Positions 40,945 through 51,719 of a DNA stretch of 64,000 nt are shown here, one piece after another (positions within the stretch are counted from its first letter, which is position 1; every line of letters starts with the position of its first letter). The DNA comes from Pelagomonas calceolata (taxonomy: Eukaryota): NCBI GenBank assembly GCA_918797485.1, contig CAKKNE010000001.1:558001-622000 (forward strand). Reading direction: 5' to 3'. The position numbers were made by a program, and so were the translations under genes. The notes beneath the pieces were generated by a model, which made no database searches, was not told the origin of the DNA, and was given only the letters and a program-made list of their open reading frames with translations.

Positions 40945-41250
40945 ATTTTGCTATGGATCACTGCGGCAGCGTCGGCGCGGCGCTATAGCGAGTGTGCGGC
41001 CGCGATAGCGTCAGATGTGATTTTTCAATTGAGAGGAGTTGTGGGCCGTCGGCTGCGCAAAAAGCGCCCGAACGTAGCCGAACGTTATCTAATACAGGTA
41101 CAACAGCGCTGGGCAGCAGCAGATGGTGGTGGTGGCTCACGATGGCTTGCGTTGGGTCCAGTCATCGAGGCTAGCGGTAACACACTAGCAATAGCGTACG
41201 AGACCAAGGATAGAAGGTCTTACCCGACGCGCCCTCACCCACAAACGCGC

Positions 41251-42087
41251 CTAGATCGTCCCCAAATTCTGCTGGAAGCGCCACGTCGTCGTCCAGTCGA
41301 TGTAGTCGCAATGGGCGTGCGACTCGTGCTCGACGCGGCCCGCGGCCACGTAAAAGGTATACGTCTCCATCGCGTCGCACGAGAACTCCTTGTCGAGATC
41401 CGCATCAAAATCCCACGTCCGCGTCTGGAACACGAGCCGCGCGGGCCGGCCTTCCATCAAGAGAGCTCTCGGCTGCGCGAACGCGATGAAGTGGCGGCAC
41501 GCGTGGGACCGCGGCTGGTCGGCACAGTTTCTAAAAGCGTCGAGCACGCGCTTCCTATTAAGGACAGGATTCAACTCGTGGTAGTGCCAGTTCCTCCCGC
41601 GCACGCCGTCCGTGTCTTCCGTGACCTGCCTAGAATATCCGGTTTCCGTCTCATAGGTGGTAAACATGCGGAACGCATTTAACGGATAAGCTTCATACCC
41701 AAAGATCCAGTTCCACGAGAAGGCGGCCATGAGCAGGATGCAGAACCGTGCACCTTTCTTCGATGAGGCCGTGCGTCTCTCTCGTAGGAAGCCTTGATCC
41801 TCCTTCTCTCTTAACTCTTTCGTGTTCTCCTCGTAGGCGAGCATGGCCGCCCTTCGCTTGGACGCACCCAGTAGTGGTGGAAAGAGCCCCCAGGGGCCGT
41901 CTCTATCTTGCGCATGGCAGACGGCATGAGCTAAAGCCCACAACGGGATGAACGTCAATAAGTCGGCAAATAAAATATGTTGTAGGATAAAAATGCCAAT
42001 GTGCATCTGCCACATGAGAAATGGAAAGATCATCTTCGACGGGCGCCAGAAGGGCACCAAACCCATCGCCAGCTCGCCGAAGAGGCC
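41251..42087 (-). pseudogene. 5'-truncated membrane protein (HTTM-like C-terminal half)
   Basis: TM segments WQMHIGIFILQHILF and WIFGYEAYPLNAFRMFT; the upstream part of the ORF is the antisense of a TPR-family fragment. Confidence 0.45.
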
Positions 42088-42369
42088 ATCGAAGAAGCCA
42101 AGCCCCTGCTGCGCAGAACGATGCCCATGACGCGACGCGTTATTGGCGAGAATCATGAGGGTACGCTCAAGATACGGTGGACTTACGCGGAGACGCTCTA
42201 CAAAGACCCGGACGCCACGCTCGACGATCTCCGTGAAGCCATGACGACGCTCGAGGAGACGGCACCGATCTCGCGGCGCGTGCTCGGCAGCGCGCACCCG
42301 GTCACGGAAGGGATAGAGGACGAATTGCGACACGCGCTAGCAGCCCTCCGCGCCCGCGAGAGCTCGTAG
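42088..42369 (+). pseudogene. 3' fragment of the RING-CH/TPR family (paralog of 2075-3241)
   Basis: EEAKPLLRRT...ATLDDLREAMTTLEE...RRVLGSAHP matches EEARSLLRRT...ATLDDLRESVTTLED...RRVLGGEHP. Confidence 0.8.
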
Positions 42370-42384
42370 GAATCTAAAGACAAA

Positions 42385-44349
42385 TTACAACAACAAAGAA
42401 GACGACTGCGCCAGTAGCCGCGGCCGCATCGCCTCCACCGTTCCCGCGAACGCCAGCAGCCGCGCGGCGTAGAACTCCGCAGGCACCGTCGCCGCGAGGG
42501 CCTTGGTATCGGGATGAACGAATGCCGTGCGAACAAACGTAGGCTTCGCGCCCGGCGGCGGCGCCGCGACGACGTCGAGGCGCTGCGCGCGGATCTGCGC
42601 AAAGCTGAAATGCACCCGCTCGTCCGTCGGGTCCGCGGGGCAGACGACCGTTCGCCCGCCAGCGCCTGGCGCGATCAGGATCGGCCACGACGCGTCGACG
42701 GGGCGGAAGCCCAGGCTGGTCAGCGCCCGCGCGACGACGGGCTTCGTCTGCGGTCTAGCACGTACATCTGCATCAACTAAAACACCAAGCGCCGCCAGAG
42801 TCCCCAACGCGAGCTTGGCCAGCCCGCGCCCCCGCTGCTCCTCGGCGACCTCGACGCCGCGCACGTGGATTGCCAACTCGTCGACCTCGCAGAGAATGCG
42901 CGCCGCCTTCGCGCCCTTCTTCCTATCATTGCCAAGGATCAGCGAGAACCGCTCGTGGCCGTCGAGTTTATCCCGCAGCAGCGCCACGTCGTAACCCTCA
43001 ACGGTCCCGACGAGGCTCCGGCGCGGCGGTCGCGACGGCCCCGCGTCGGCCGCCAGCGACCGCGCGATGGCGGCGCCCTCCGTCAGCAGCGTGCTGTGCG
43101 CGGCGGCCAGCGCGAGAATGGTTAAGAATCGCGGCACGAGGGGCAGCGTCGCGGTCATCATTTGGTCGTGCTGCGAAAGCTGCGTTTCGAGTCGACCGCG
43201 CCGCGCGAGGTCGGCGTAGGCCGTTTCGAGGAGGTGGGGCTCGTGGTGCTTGTACGACAGCACAGCGGCCGCGCTGGCGGCGTCGTCGAGCACTTGTGGC
43301 GCGGCGAGGCGTGGTGCCGGTGAGAGAGCTACCATTTTGCACGGCGCGACGGCGACGGTGACGTCGGTTTCCTGGGCCGCGCGGAGGGCCGCGAGGGGGA
43401 CGCCGGCGCGCTTGCAGAATTGTTCGTCTGTTGTCGTCGCGCTATTGAGGACTATGGCAGGATCAGCCCCGGCGGCGCGGCAAACTTCGAGTCGGGGCCG
43501 GTATCGTGTTTTGAGGCTGTAGCCCAGACGAGCTGGCGAGGATACTATTGAAGCGCGCACTTCGGATGGAGAGAGACCAAGCTCTTCCTCGAAGAAGCCC
43601 AGCTTTGGCTGTATGTTGGCCTCGACGCTGTAGCTCAGCAGTGCCGGTAGCCGTAGCACCATCATCCTCAGCCCCGCGTCGTCCAGGTGGAAGCGCGTCT
43701 GCAACCACTGAAGCTTCGGCTCCATGTTGTCCTCGACACTTTGATACACCAGCGACGGATTCGTCATAACCATCTTCCTCAGCTGCTCGTCATCCAAGTC
43801 GAGGCGCGTCTGCAACCAATCGAGCTTCGGCTCCATGTTGTCCTCGACGCTGTAGCTCAGCAGTTGTTGTTTTTTCACAACCAGCTTCTTCAGCTGCGCC
43901 GCGTCCAGCTCGAGGCGCGTCTGTAGCCACTCGAGCTTTGGCGCCAGGTTGTCCTCGATACTGCAGCCCAGCAGTTGCGGAAACTTCATCACCATCTTCC
44001 TCAACTGCGCGTCGCCCAGGTCGAGGCGCGTCTGCAGCCAGTCGAGCTTTGGCGCCATGCTGTTGTAGCCCAGTAGTGCTGGGAAACGCATTACCACTTT
44101 CTTCAGCTCCGAGTCGCTCAGCCCAAGCTCGGACTGCAGCCAGCCAAGCCTTTCCTCGGCTTGCGCGCGAGTCAAGCTTTTCGCGCTGCTCGGAATCAGC
44201 TTTCCCTCGACCTTGCTGGCCTCTGCCGCCGTGCAGCCCAAGGCCTGGACGCAGTAATCGTAAGCAGCCCCTCTACACGCCACAGCACCTGATGGCCTGG
44301 AACCCGGCGCCACGAGCGCGGCGGCGCCCGCCACGAGCAATAACATCAT
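42385..44349 (-). CDS. mTERF repeat protein with presequence, continuous in frame with a downstream GNAT-like module (possible second gene from 43335)
   Basis: MMLLLVAGAAAL signal; about 36-aa mTERF repeats; GYSLKTRYRPRL; later VRGVEVAEEQRGRGLA. Confidence 0.8.
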   Translation of the reverse strand: MMLLLVAGAAALVAPGSRPSGAVACRGAAYDYCVQALGCTAAEASKVEGKLIPSSAKSLTRAQAEERLGWLQSELGLSDSELKKVVMRFPALLGYNSMAPKLDWLQTRLDLGDAQLRKMVMKFPQLLGCSIEDNLAPKLEWLQTRLELDAAQLKKLVVKKQQLLSYSVEDNMEPKLDWLQTRLDLDDEQLRKMVMTNPSLVYQSVEDNMEPKLQWLQTRFHLDDAGLRMMVLRLPALLSYSVEANIQPKLGFFEEELGLSPSEVRASIVSSPARLGYSLKTRYRPRLEVCRAAGADPAIVLNSATTTDEQFCKRAGVPLAALRAAQETDVTVAVAPCKMVALSPAPRLAAPQVLDDAASAAAVLSYKHHEPHLLETAYADLARRGRLETQLSQHDQMMTATLPLVPRFLTILALAAAHSTLLTEGAAIARSLAADAGPSRPPRRSLVGTVEGYDVALLRDKLDGHERFSLILGNDRKKGAKAARILCEVDELAIHVRGVEVAEEQRGRGLAKLALGTLAALGVLVDADVRARPQTKPVVARALTSLGFRPVDASWPILIAPGAGGRTVVCPADPTDERVHFSFAQIRAQRLDVVAAPPPGAKPTFVRTAFVHPDTKALAATVPAEFYAARLLAFAGTVEAMRPRLLAQSSSLLL

Positions 44350-44707
44350 CGCTGCGCGTTGGCGATGGCCTGCTCGGCCGCCTTCAATTCGCGCGGAGGC
44401 TCGGAGCAAGGTCTCCTCAGTGCATAAGTCTGCACCAGACCAAAGTCTGCATGCAGCAGGCAGCTGCACTGTAGTCTGTCTATGACCAATAAAATCAATC
44501 AATGAGCTTTCGCAGCTGCACTATGAAGACTTTGTGGCACGTTCGCAGGCTGGGCTAGCGTTGACACACTAGGATTACACTAAGAGCGCTGAACTCTATA
44601 CGTAAAGACCCCCAGAAGCCATCGCTGCCGAGGTTTACGACACGTGGGGACCCCTTTATTAAGCGCCCGACGCAACCCCATCGTCGCCGCGTCGGCAGAG
44701 CTGTGAG

Positions 44708-46108
44708 ATGCCCTCCCCCCGCGCCAGAGGCAGCGCCTCGTCGTCGCCGCGTGCGTCGTCGGGGACGCCCCGCGGCAACGGCAGCCCCCGCGAGGACGAC
44801 GCCGCCTGGGCCGAGGCCTGCGCGCGGCCGCCGCTCTCGCCGCGCACGCAATTGATTCGGGCGGGCGCCGTCGCCGTGAGCCTGTGCGTCCTGGTGATGC
44901 TGCGGCCGGAGCTAGCTTTAGCCTACCGCAAACTCACGCGCTTGCCGGGCCAGAACGACAATCTGAAGCGGTTCCTGCCGCCGTCGCGGCCTGTGTGGAA
45001 ATCAAATTTTACGGCACGTTCGTGCTGAATCGTCGCGTCTCCCTGCACGCCATCGACGCGACGCCTGCTCGATGGCGTGGCGATGCCGGTTCGTCACCGC
45101 TCGACGGAGCCAGCACGGTCACGTCATCGCCGAGAAATGACTTATGCACCCGACACACTGGTTGATTTCCACACAGGTCGCGGCGCCGCGCCGCCGAGCG
45201 CCAGCTCCGCAACCGTTTGGAAAGGGCGGGCCACGCCGACGCGCGCGACGCGACGATAGACCCGGACTGGGCCTGGTTCGCGCCCGACTCCGCCTTAAGC
45301 TTAGATGCGGCGTCGGCGGCTGTGTGGAAATCAACCAGTGCGTCGGGTGCACCCGACAATTCTTCACGAAGTCATTTCGCGGCGATGATGCGGTCGTGCT
45401 GGACCCATCGAGCGGCGAGGAACCGGCATCGCCACGCCATCGAGCAGGCGTCGCGTCGATGGCGTGGAGGACGACGCGATGATTCAGCACGAACGCGCCG
45501 TAAAATTTTGATTTCCACACAGGTCGGCGGCCGCCGCCGCCGCCGTCGAGCACGGCGCGGCCCCCGGGCGGAGGGACTTGGACGTGGAGGCTTCTTATGT
45601 GGGTTGCTTCGGCTCCGAGACGTGGTTCGAAAATAGGACCTACGTCGGGGGGCAACGAGGCGCGAGGTACCGCCTGGCCGTCCGCGACGCCGCGAAGCAA
45701 AAGAAGCGCTATTTTGCGTGCGCGCGGCGCGACGCGGACGGCCACGGCTTCTTGTTTGATGATCTAGTCCCGGACGCGCGAAATGCGTTCCCGTCGGGCG
45801 ACCTCGTCGCCGGCGGCTGCGAGCGCGCGTGCGCCGACGAAGGCGCGAAGCTCTGCGGCTGCGCCGACGAGGCGTGCACGGGCGCCATGGGCGACGACCA
45901 GCCGCACCACCGGCGGTGGGCCGTCTACCGCATGCCCGATCCTCCCTCCACAAACCGTGGGCTGCCCGCGCCCGACGAGGAGGAGTGTGGGGACGCCTGG
46001 ACGCGCGTGGATGAGGCTCAAGCGGAGGCGGAGGTCTTTGAGGGGGCGGAGGCGACGGTGTTCACTCATTTAGGTTTCGCGGACGGCGGCGGGGGTTCGC
46101 CGGAGTAA
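44708..46108 (+). CDS. Type II membrane protein with WSC-like Cys-rich domain; interrupted by two introners
   Basis: Exons 44708-44982, 45177-45311 and 45523-46108 join in frame; YVGCF...CERAC...LCGC...WAVYR. Confidence 0.75.
44991..45176 (-). mobile_element. Introner element copy A (186 bp, reverse orientation); TSD GTCGCGGC; predicted intron 44983-45176
   Basis: TIRs CTGTGTGGAAATCAA/TTGATTTCCACACAG; TSD at 44983-44990 and 45177-45184. Confidence 0.93.
45320..45522 (+). mobile_element. Introner element copy B (203 bp); TSD GTCGGCGG; predicted intron 45312-45522
   Basis: Same TIRs; TSD at 45312-45319 and 45523-45530. Confidence 0.95.
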
Positions 46109-46122
46109 CTGGAACAACAGAA

Positions 46123-46623
46123 TTAAAACCCAACCGTGACCGCAGCGACGGCCACGACGGCTCGATCCGCGGCGTCGCCTAACGCTTCCACGACGCGACC
46201 GGACTGGAAGTCCAGGCCGCCCGCACGCACCTCCACGGGGAGCATCCGACCGTACGGAAACATGGCGCGGATGTCTTCGACGGACACGGAGTCCACGAGG
46301 TCTTCCGGCACTCCGATCTCGACCTTTAGCAACATATCTCCGCGACCGCGCTCGTATCCGCGGTCGCGCAGGAGCGTCTCCATATACGGCAACGCGTTAA
46401 ACTCGATGGCCTGGCGGCATGCACGCGTGGCGGCCTTGCTCGCACCAGCCGTGCCATGCTGGTCGCAGCCCATCCCCGCTTGCACGAACACGATCTCGTT
46501 AAGGGTTGTCTCTGGAGGCGCCCATTGTGCGCCCAAGCCTGCGGCTTTCCATTCCTGCGATGTAGCACCCGTCGTGCTTGCGCGTCGTGAGCGCGCGACA
46601 AGCCGTGCAGCGCGATTCAGCAT
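46123..46623 (-). CDS. Lin0512-family protein
   Basis: VFVQAGMGCDQHG...KAATRACRQAIEFNALP...FPYG...GGL...AVAAVTVGF. Confidence 0.85.
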   Translation of the reverse strand: MLNRAARLVARSRRASTTGATSQEWKAAGLGAQWAPPETTLNEIVFVQAGMGCDQHGTAGASKAATRACRQAIEFNALPYMETLLRDRGYERGRGDMLLKVEIGVPEDLVDSVSVEDIRAMFPYGRMLPVEVRAGGLDFQSGRVVEALGDAADRAVVAVAAVTVGF

Positions 46624-46949
46624 GCTTTCAATCAGTGCACAGCCTGCCAGTGGCTTGCACACCCTGTAGCGATGCGCCGCAGCGATGAATTTTCGTACAG
46701 CGCGTATAATCGATGCAAAAGATACTCTTTGCTAGCTGGGCAGCGCTAGGGCTTGCTCTCGCGTCCGGAAAATCCGCAAACAGGGGGCTAGCGTACTATA
46801 AAGACACTAGTCTCCAGCTTTTTTACGCAGCAGCCTCCTAATCAGCCACTATAGCTGCCAAGAATTCGGCCTGAGATTGTATTTGCATCGCTGCGCTGCC
46901 ACTTTCGATCGCTGTCCATTTCTCGCATCGCTGTGACAAACTGCAGCCA

Positions 46950-48824
46950 ATGTGCGGCATTGCAGCCATCCTTTGGGCGGAGGCAGAGGACGCGCCTACA
47001 GCCGAAGATGCCAAAGCCGCAAAAGCCGCAGTCCTCAAATTAGCCTCCCGCTGCGGCATAGCACGAAGAGGCCCCGACAGCCTCGACGCCTGCGTACCAG
47101 CACCGCACGTCGCTCTCGCCGCGAGCGTTTTAACCATGCGCTCAAAAGGCGACGCGAGGCAACCGGCGACCGACGCCAGCGGCAACGCCCTCTGCTGGAA
47201 CGGCGAGTGGTTCCAGGGCGGTCCGGCGCCGGACGCCGCCGACGCGCCGGCCGTGCTAGCGCTGCTCGCCGAGGCGACGGCGGGCGCGCCCGACGCCGAG
47301 ACGGCGGCGGCGCGCGCCGCGGACGCTCTGGCCGCAAGCGTGCGGGGCCCCTACGCGCTCGCGTTCTACTGCGCGGCGGCGCGGACGCTGCTCTACTGCC
47401 GCGACCCCTTCGGCCGGCGGAGCCTCGTGGTGCGCGGACGAGAGATCGCGTCGACGGCGCCCCGCGACGACGGCGCGGGCTGGACGGAAGTAACCACGGA
47501 GGGCGTGCACTACGTCGGAGGCTGCGCGGCCTGGCACCGGTCCTTCTTCGACGGCGTGGGCTGGCCGCCGGCGGGCCGGCCGTGGCGCGAGGCCGGGCCC
47601 GCGGACGCATCCAAAACGCTTGGAGTGGCCCTCGCGGCGTCCGTAAAGCGGCGTTGCGCCGGCCTCTCGGAGGTCGCGGTGCTATTCTCGGGCGGCCTCG
47701 ACTCGGTCGTGCTCGCGCGGCTCGCGCACGACGCGCTGCCGGCGGACGCGACCATCGACTTGATCAACGTGGCCTTCGGCGAGCGGCGCGGCGACGCGGA
47801 GAAGGCGCCGGACCGCCTCGCGGCGAGATCCGCGCTGCGGGAGCTGCGTACCGCATGTCCCTCCCGCAAGTTCCGCCTGATCGAGGCGACGGCGGCGCCC
47901 GGAGACCTCGCGCGCATCGCCGACGACGTCGCCGCGCTGGCCGCGCCGTGCTCGACGCACATGGATTTCAACATCGCGGCGGCGCTCTACGTGGCGGCGA
48001 AAGGCGAGGGCGTTTTGTACGACGGCTCCGACGCGGACCACGCCGACGGCGGCGATGGTGAGCACCGCCTGCTGCGCTACGCGACGGACGCGCCTCGGGA
48101 AGAACTCCCCGACCTGCGCGCGGACGGAAAATGCCGGACCTGCGGCAAGGCCGCGAAGGCGCGGTGCGTGTCGGGCCTCTGCGGCGGGTGCTGCCGCCGG
48201 AAGGGCCGGAGCGACGCCGCCTACGCGTGCGGCGCGCATCCCAAGCGGTTGACGTACGCCGAGAAGTGCGCGCGGGCGGACGCGCCGCCGGCGCCGCCGC
48301 CCGCCGTCGTAGAAAAGGCGATAGTGAAGACGCGCGCCCGGGCGCTGCTGCTGGGCATGGGCGCCGATGAATTATTAGCGGGCTACGCGCGGCACCGCAC
48401 GGCGTTCAAGCGGGGCGGCCTCGAGGAGTTGGAGCGCGAGGTCGGCGGCGACGTCGCGCGGATCGCCACGCGCAATTTGGGGCGGGACGACCGCGTCACG
48501 GCGGCGTGGGCGCGCGAGGCGCGCTACCCGTTCCTCGACGAGGACGTCGTGCGTTGTGTGAGGATGGACCTGGGTTCGAGCGTCGCGGACCTGGCGCTCC
48601 CTCCCGGTGACGGCTGCAAGCGCGCGCTGCGCTCGCTGGCGCTCAGCCTGGGCCTGCCCCTTACTTCTACGCTCGTCAAGCGGGCGATCCAGTTCGGCAC
48701 GCGCATCGCTCCGTTTTCCAATCGCTTGGCGTTCGGGGCGGCGCGGCGCGGCGACGGGGCGGCGAGCTTTGACGTGGCGAAGCTGGTGGCGGGGGCGCGG
48801 CGCGTCGCCGACGAGGCTTCTTGA
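46950..48824 (+). CDS. ASNSD1: Asparagine synthetase domain-containing protein (ASNSD1-like) with a Cys/His-rich insertion
   Basis: MCGI, RRGPD, LCWNGE, RDPFGRRSL, VLFSGGLDS, IDLINVAF, APDR, GMGADELLAGY, RNLGRDDR, KRAIQFGTR. Confidence 0.9.
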   Translation: MCGIAAILWAEAEDAPTAEDAKAAKAAVLKLASRCGIARRGPDSLDACVPAPHVALAASVLTMRSKGDARQPATDASGNALCWNGEWFQGGPAPDAADAPAVLALLAEATAGAPDAETAAARAADALAASVRGPYALAFYCAAARTLLYCRDPFGRRSLVVRGREIASTAPRDDGAGWTEVTTEGVHYVGGCAAWHRSFFDGVGWPPAGRPWREAGPADASKTLGVALAASVKRRCAGLSEVAVLFSGGLDSVVLARLAHDALPADATIDLINVAFGERRGDAEKAPDRLAARSALRELRTACPSRKFRLIEATAAPGDLARIADDVAALAAPCSTHMDFNIAAALYVAAKGEGVLYDGSDADHADGGDGEHRLLRYATDAPREELPDLRADGKCRTCGKAAKARCVSGLCGGCCRRKGRSDAAYACGAHPKRLTYAEKCARADAPPAPPPAVVEKAIVKTRARALLLGMGADELLAGYARHRTAFKRGGLEELEREVGGDVARIATRNLGRDDRVTAAWAREARYPFLDEDVVRCVRMDLGSSVADLALPPGDGCKRALRSLALSLGLPLTSTLVKRAIQFGTRIAPFSNRLAFGAARRGDGAASFDVAKLVAGARRVADEAS

Positions 48825-48958
48825 TGTTGTGTGGATTGTATGTAATTAACAATTGATCTTAGTACTGAGGGGATCCTGAAGGGACATAAAAATGAAAGGC
48901 GTCGGTCGTGGTGGCTACGCAGTCTAGCTCTAAGCAAAGCAAAGGGAAAAAAACGGAA

Positions 48959-50440
48959 TCACGCCTGTGCCTGGTCCGAGCGCGCGTTCGTCTCGAAATC
49001 AACACGCGTCTCCTGGCGCTGCCGGAGCTTCCACGGTTGGCCGGGCGCCGAGCGGGCGAACGTGTTCACGTTGACCTCGCGGGCAATAGTAACCGGCGAC
49101 TGCGACGCTCGCCAGTCGTCGGACGACGCGCACCAGTCCGCCGTGTTGCGCTCCGTGACGACGACGCGCCCGACGTTCTCCGAGTCAAGGAACACTTCGA
49201 CGTCATCGATCTCGACGAGGTAGGGGTATTTCGGCGGCGTTTGATTCTCGCAATAGTTCCGAAAGTCCCTCGCGTTCTGTTCCTTGCCCCGCGTGTAATT
49301 ATGGGAGTTCCCCATGGTACAGTCGTCGTCGAGGAGTTGCTCCATCAAGTCCGCGTCCTTTCGTCGCACGGCCGAGTAGTAGGCGGCGTTCGCAGCTATG
49401 AGCGACGTTCGTTCGTCGAAGTCCGGGCGCTGCAGCGGCTCGCTACCAAGGGGTGATAGCTGTACCTCGTCGGCATCTGACGCGCCGTAGCGCGAAACAC
49501 GCCCCGCCGCCTCGTTGACGGCCTTGAGTACCTCAAACCCCTTGTCCAACTGCGCCCGCTCCGCCGTGAACGCGTCCAGCGCCTCGGCGAGGCCGTCGTT
49601 GGCAGACGAGGCCGCGTTCCCCCCCTCCGCGTAGTTCAGGCCCTCCAGCGCCTCCGGGTGGCGGAATGCGTGGCGGCAGAAGCTCGTCAGCGTCCACGCG
49701 GCCGGCTTTTCGTCGGCGACCGGCGCAGCGGCTTCGGCGCGCACCCACTTATGATACCGCATGGGGCCTCGGCCGTAGTGCGCGGCCACAACCAATAATT
49801 TGGTTCCCGGCTCCGGCGTCTCCTCGCGCACGAGGACCTTGCGCCGAACGTTCGATTGCGCCTCGTCGCCCGTCCAGCCGTAGGTGTCGCCGTCGTCAAA
49901 GTTCACGAAGACGCCGTCCGGCCCGGCTGGTGTAGCGGCGCCGTCGTAGAAGACGTTGTCGCCGTAGTCGGCGTGCTGCGCAACTACCGGAACGGAGGCT
50001 AACTTGGGCAGCAGTGCGTCCTTGGCCGCGGCGCTGTCGTCGCCGGTCGACTCTCGAATTTCGCCCGCCGGCTTCTGCCACGTCGTCTCGCGCGTCAGGA
50101 GGTCGTAGTAGTACGTGCGGCCCGTGCTTTTGTCGACCGTTGACATCCAGACCTTCTCGGGCGTCGCCGGCGTGGGCGTCACGGTCGCTGACGCGGCAGC
50201 GAAGTCCGCCGGCGCCACGTCGCGGTCATAGACGGCGTGCAGCCGTGGGATGCGGCCGCGCTGGCCGCGTATCTGGACGTTGATCGAGCGGCAGCTCCGG
50301 CCGAGGCCCGCGGAGGCGACCTGCAGCACGTCCACAGGCTGCTTGGAGATTTGGTGCCGCAGGATCACGTCGGCGTCGGCTCTTCGAGCTTGTCTGAGCA
50401 GGTTGCGGTAAAGTGTGCGCACCACGCGCGCTCTGGACAT
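48959..50440 (-). CDS. WW-domain protein with C-terminal SnoaL/NTF2-like domain
   Basis: W...DKSTGRTYYYDLLTRETTWQKP; ANAAYYSAVRRKDADLMEQLL. Confidence 0.75.
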   Translation of the reverse strand: MSRARVVRTLYRNLLRQARRADADVILRHQISKQPVDVLQVASAGLGRSCRSINVQIRGQRGRIPRLHAVYDRDVAPADFAAASATVTPTPATPEKVWMSTVDKSTGRTYYYDLLTRETTWQKPAGEIRESTGDDSAAAKDALLPKLASVPVVAQHADYGDNVFYDGAATPAGPDGVFVNFDDGDTYGWTGDEAQSNVRRKVLVREETPEPGTKLLVVAAHYGRGPMRYHKWVRAEAAAPVADEKPAAWTLTSFCRHAFRHPEALEGLNYAEGGNAASSANDGLAEALDAFTAERAQLDKGFEVLKAVNEAAGRVSRYGASDADEVQLSPLGSEPLQRPDFDERTSLIAANAAYYSAVRRKDADLMEQLLDDDCTMGNSHNYTRGKEQNARDFRNYCENQTPPKYPYLVEIDDVEVFLDSENVGRVVVTERNTADWCASSDDWRASQSPVTIAREVNVNTFARSAPGQPWKLRQRQETRVDFETNARSDQAQA

Positions 50441-50817
50441 GGTCGGCTGCGCACGCGCGCGTGGTACTTTTTTTTTGTGTAGTACGCGAGTCTCCGCTCG
50501 CGAGAATGCAAAAGGGCAGCGAAAACTGCCTTCGGCTTGCTGTATCGGCTCAACTCTCGAGGCAAAATCTCAGCGGTTCTGGGGCAGTTTCCCCAGAACG
50601 TGCGCCTCCCTTGGACTCATACAGCCGTACCCAGGGGCTTTCCCCACGGATAGAGGGATACCCGAGAGCACAACAGCTCACGATGGCCTTACCGCGGCCC
50701 ACGCCGTCGCCGCGAGGCCCGCGCCGCAGCCTCCCCCAACGACGCCGTCGCCGCGACGAATGAATAAACTTCTCTTTATTATCTATAGGGGGGAGGGATG
50801 TAACAACAACAGTCGGT

Positions 50818-51615
50818 CTAGAACGTCGGCGCCGGCGCCTCGGCGAAGTGGCCGCGCATGCGCTTCACGAAGGGCCGCGACGCCTTCAGGAAGCTTTCGA
50901 AGTCGCGGCGCAGGTGCTTGCCCCACCTGTGTCTATCGGCGCCCGCGTCGCCCAACGCGCGGTAGAAGACCTCCCTAGGAGGCAGGAAATCGAAGACCTT
51001 TCTCGCAATAGCTCTGACAACTCGATTGTGGTGGTGTGCATAGGTCTTGTCGTAGGCGTCCCTGCCCGCTTGTCTGATGGCCGCGTTCGCCTCCTTCTCT
51101 TTGTTTGGTGAGGGGTCCAATGTGATGGAGCTCTTCTTTATAACGCCTTCGAGGATGTGCTCGAAGAAGTCCAGGAACAGCAAGGACCAATACGCAGAAG
51201 CGGCGACGGGCCGGTGGCCTCGATACGCCAGGTCCTCCTCGTGGCTCACGAGGTCGTCGAGGTCGACGTGGCTCTGCCTCGAGGTCTCGAGCGTCACTTC
51301 TGCTGCTCTTCTGAGGTTAACACTATCCCTTTGTAGGGGCGTCGTGATGAAGGAGGCCAGTACGGTAATGACGGGCATGAGCGTGTCGAGCGTTTCTGCG
51401 ACCTCTATGACGCTCAGCGAGCTGTTGGACACGTAGATGGCCTGCTCCAAATGCTGCGTGCCCTTCCGGAGGATCGAGGCGCTCGGGTCCACGATGATGG
51501 TGGGGAGTTGCGGCGCGGACCAGAGCGTCGTCCACGGGGCGGTCGAGACGAGGCTGAAGGCGAGCATGAGCTGCAGCTTCGTGAGCGATGGTTCTTTCGG
51601 GCGGTGGCGGCCCAT
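50818..51615 (-). CDS. Glycolipid transfer protein (GLTP) family
   Basis: AYDKTYAHHHNRVVRAIARKVFDFLPPREVFYRAL. Confidence 0.8.
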   Translation of the reverse strand: MGRHRPKEPSLTKLQLMLAFSLVSTAPWTTLWSAPQLPTIIVDPSASILRKGTQHLEQAIYVSNSSLSVIEVAETLDTLMPVITVLASFITTPLQRDSVNLRRAAEVTLETSRQSHVDLDDLVSHEEDLAYRGHRPVAASAYWSLLFLDFFEHILEGVIKKSSITLDPSPNKEKEANAAIRQAGRDAYDKTYAHHHNRVVRAIARKVFDFLPPREVFYRALGDAGADRHRWGKHLRRDFESFLKASRPFVKRMRGHFAEAPAPTF

Positions 51616-51719
51616 GGTTCTTTTTGCGTTCTTCGTGGGCGGCGTGCCGTGCGGCGTTCTTTTGAGGGCGAGTGACTCCTCCGCGTGGTCCGCGAGGATG
51701 TGTTAGTCTCGCCGGGTCT

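Noticed and set aside
44884..45953. ORFs with recurring peptides such as VWKSTSASGAPDNSS and HWLISTQ, suggesting a protein family
   Set aside because: These are translations of the non-coding introner sequence.
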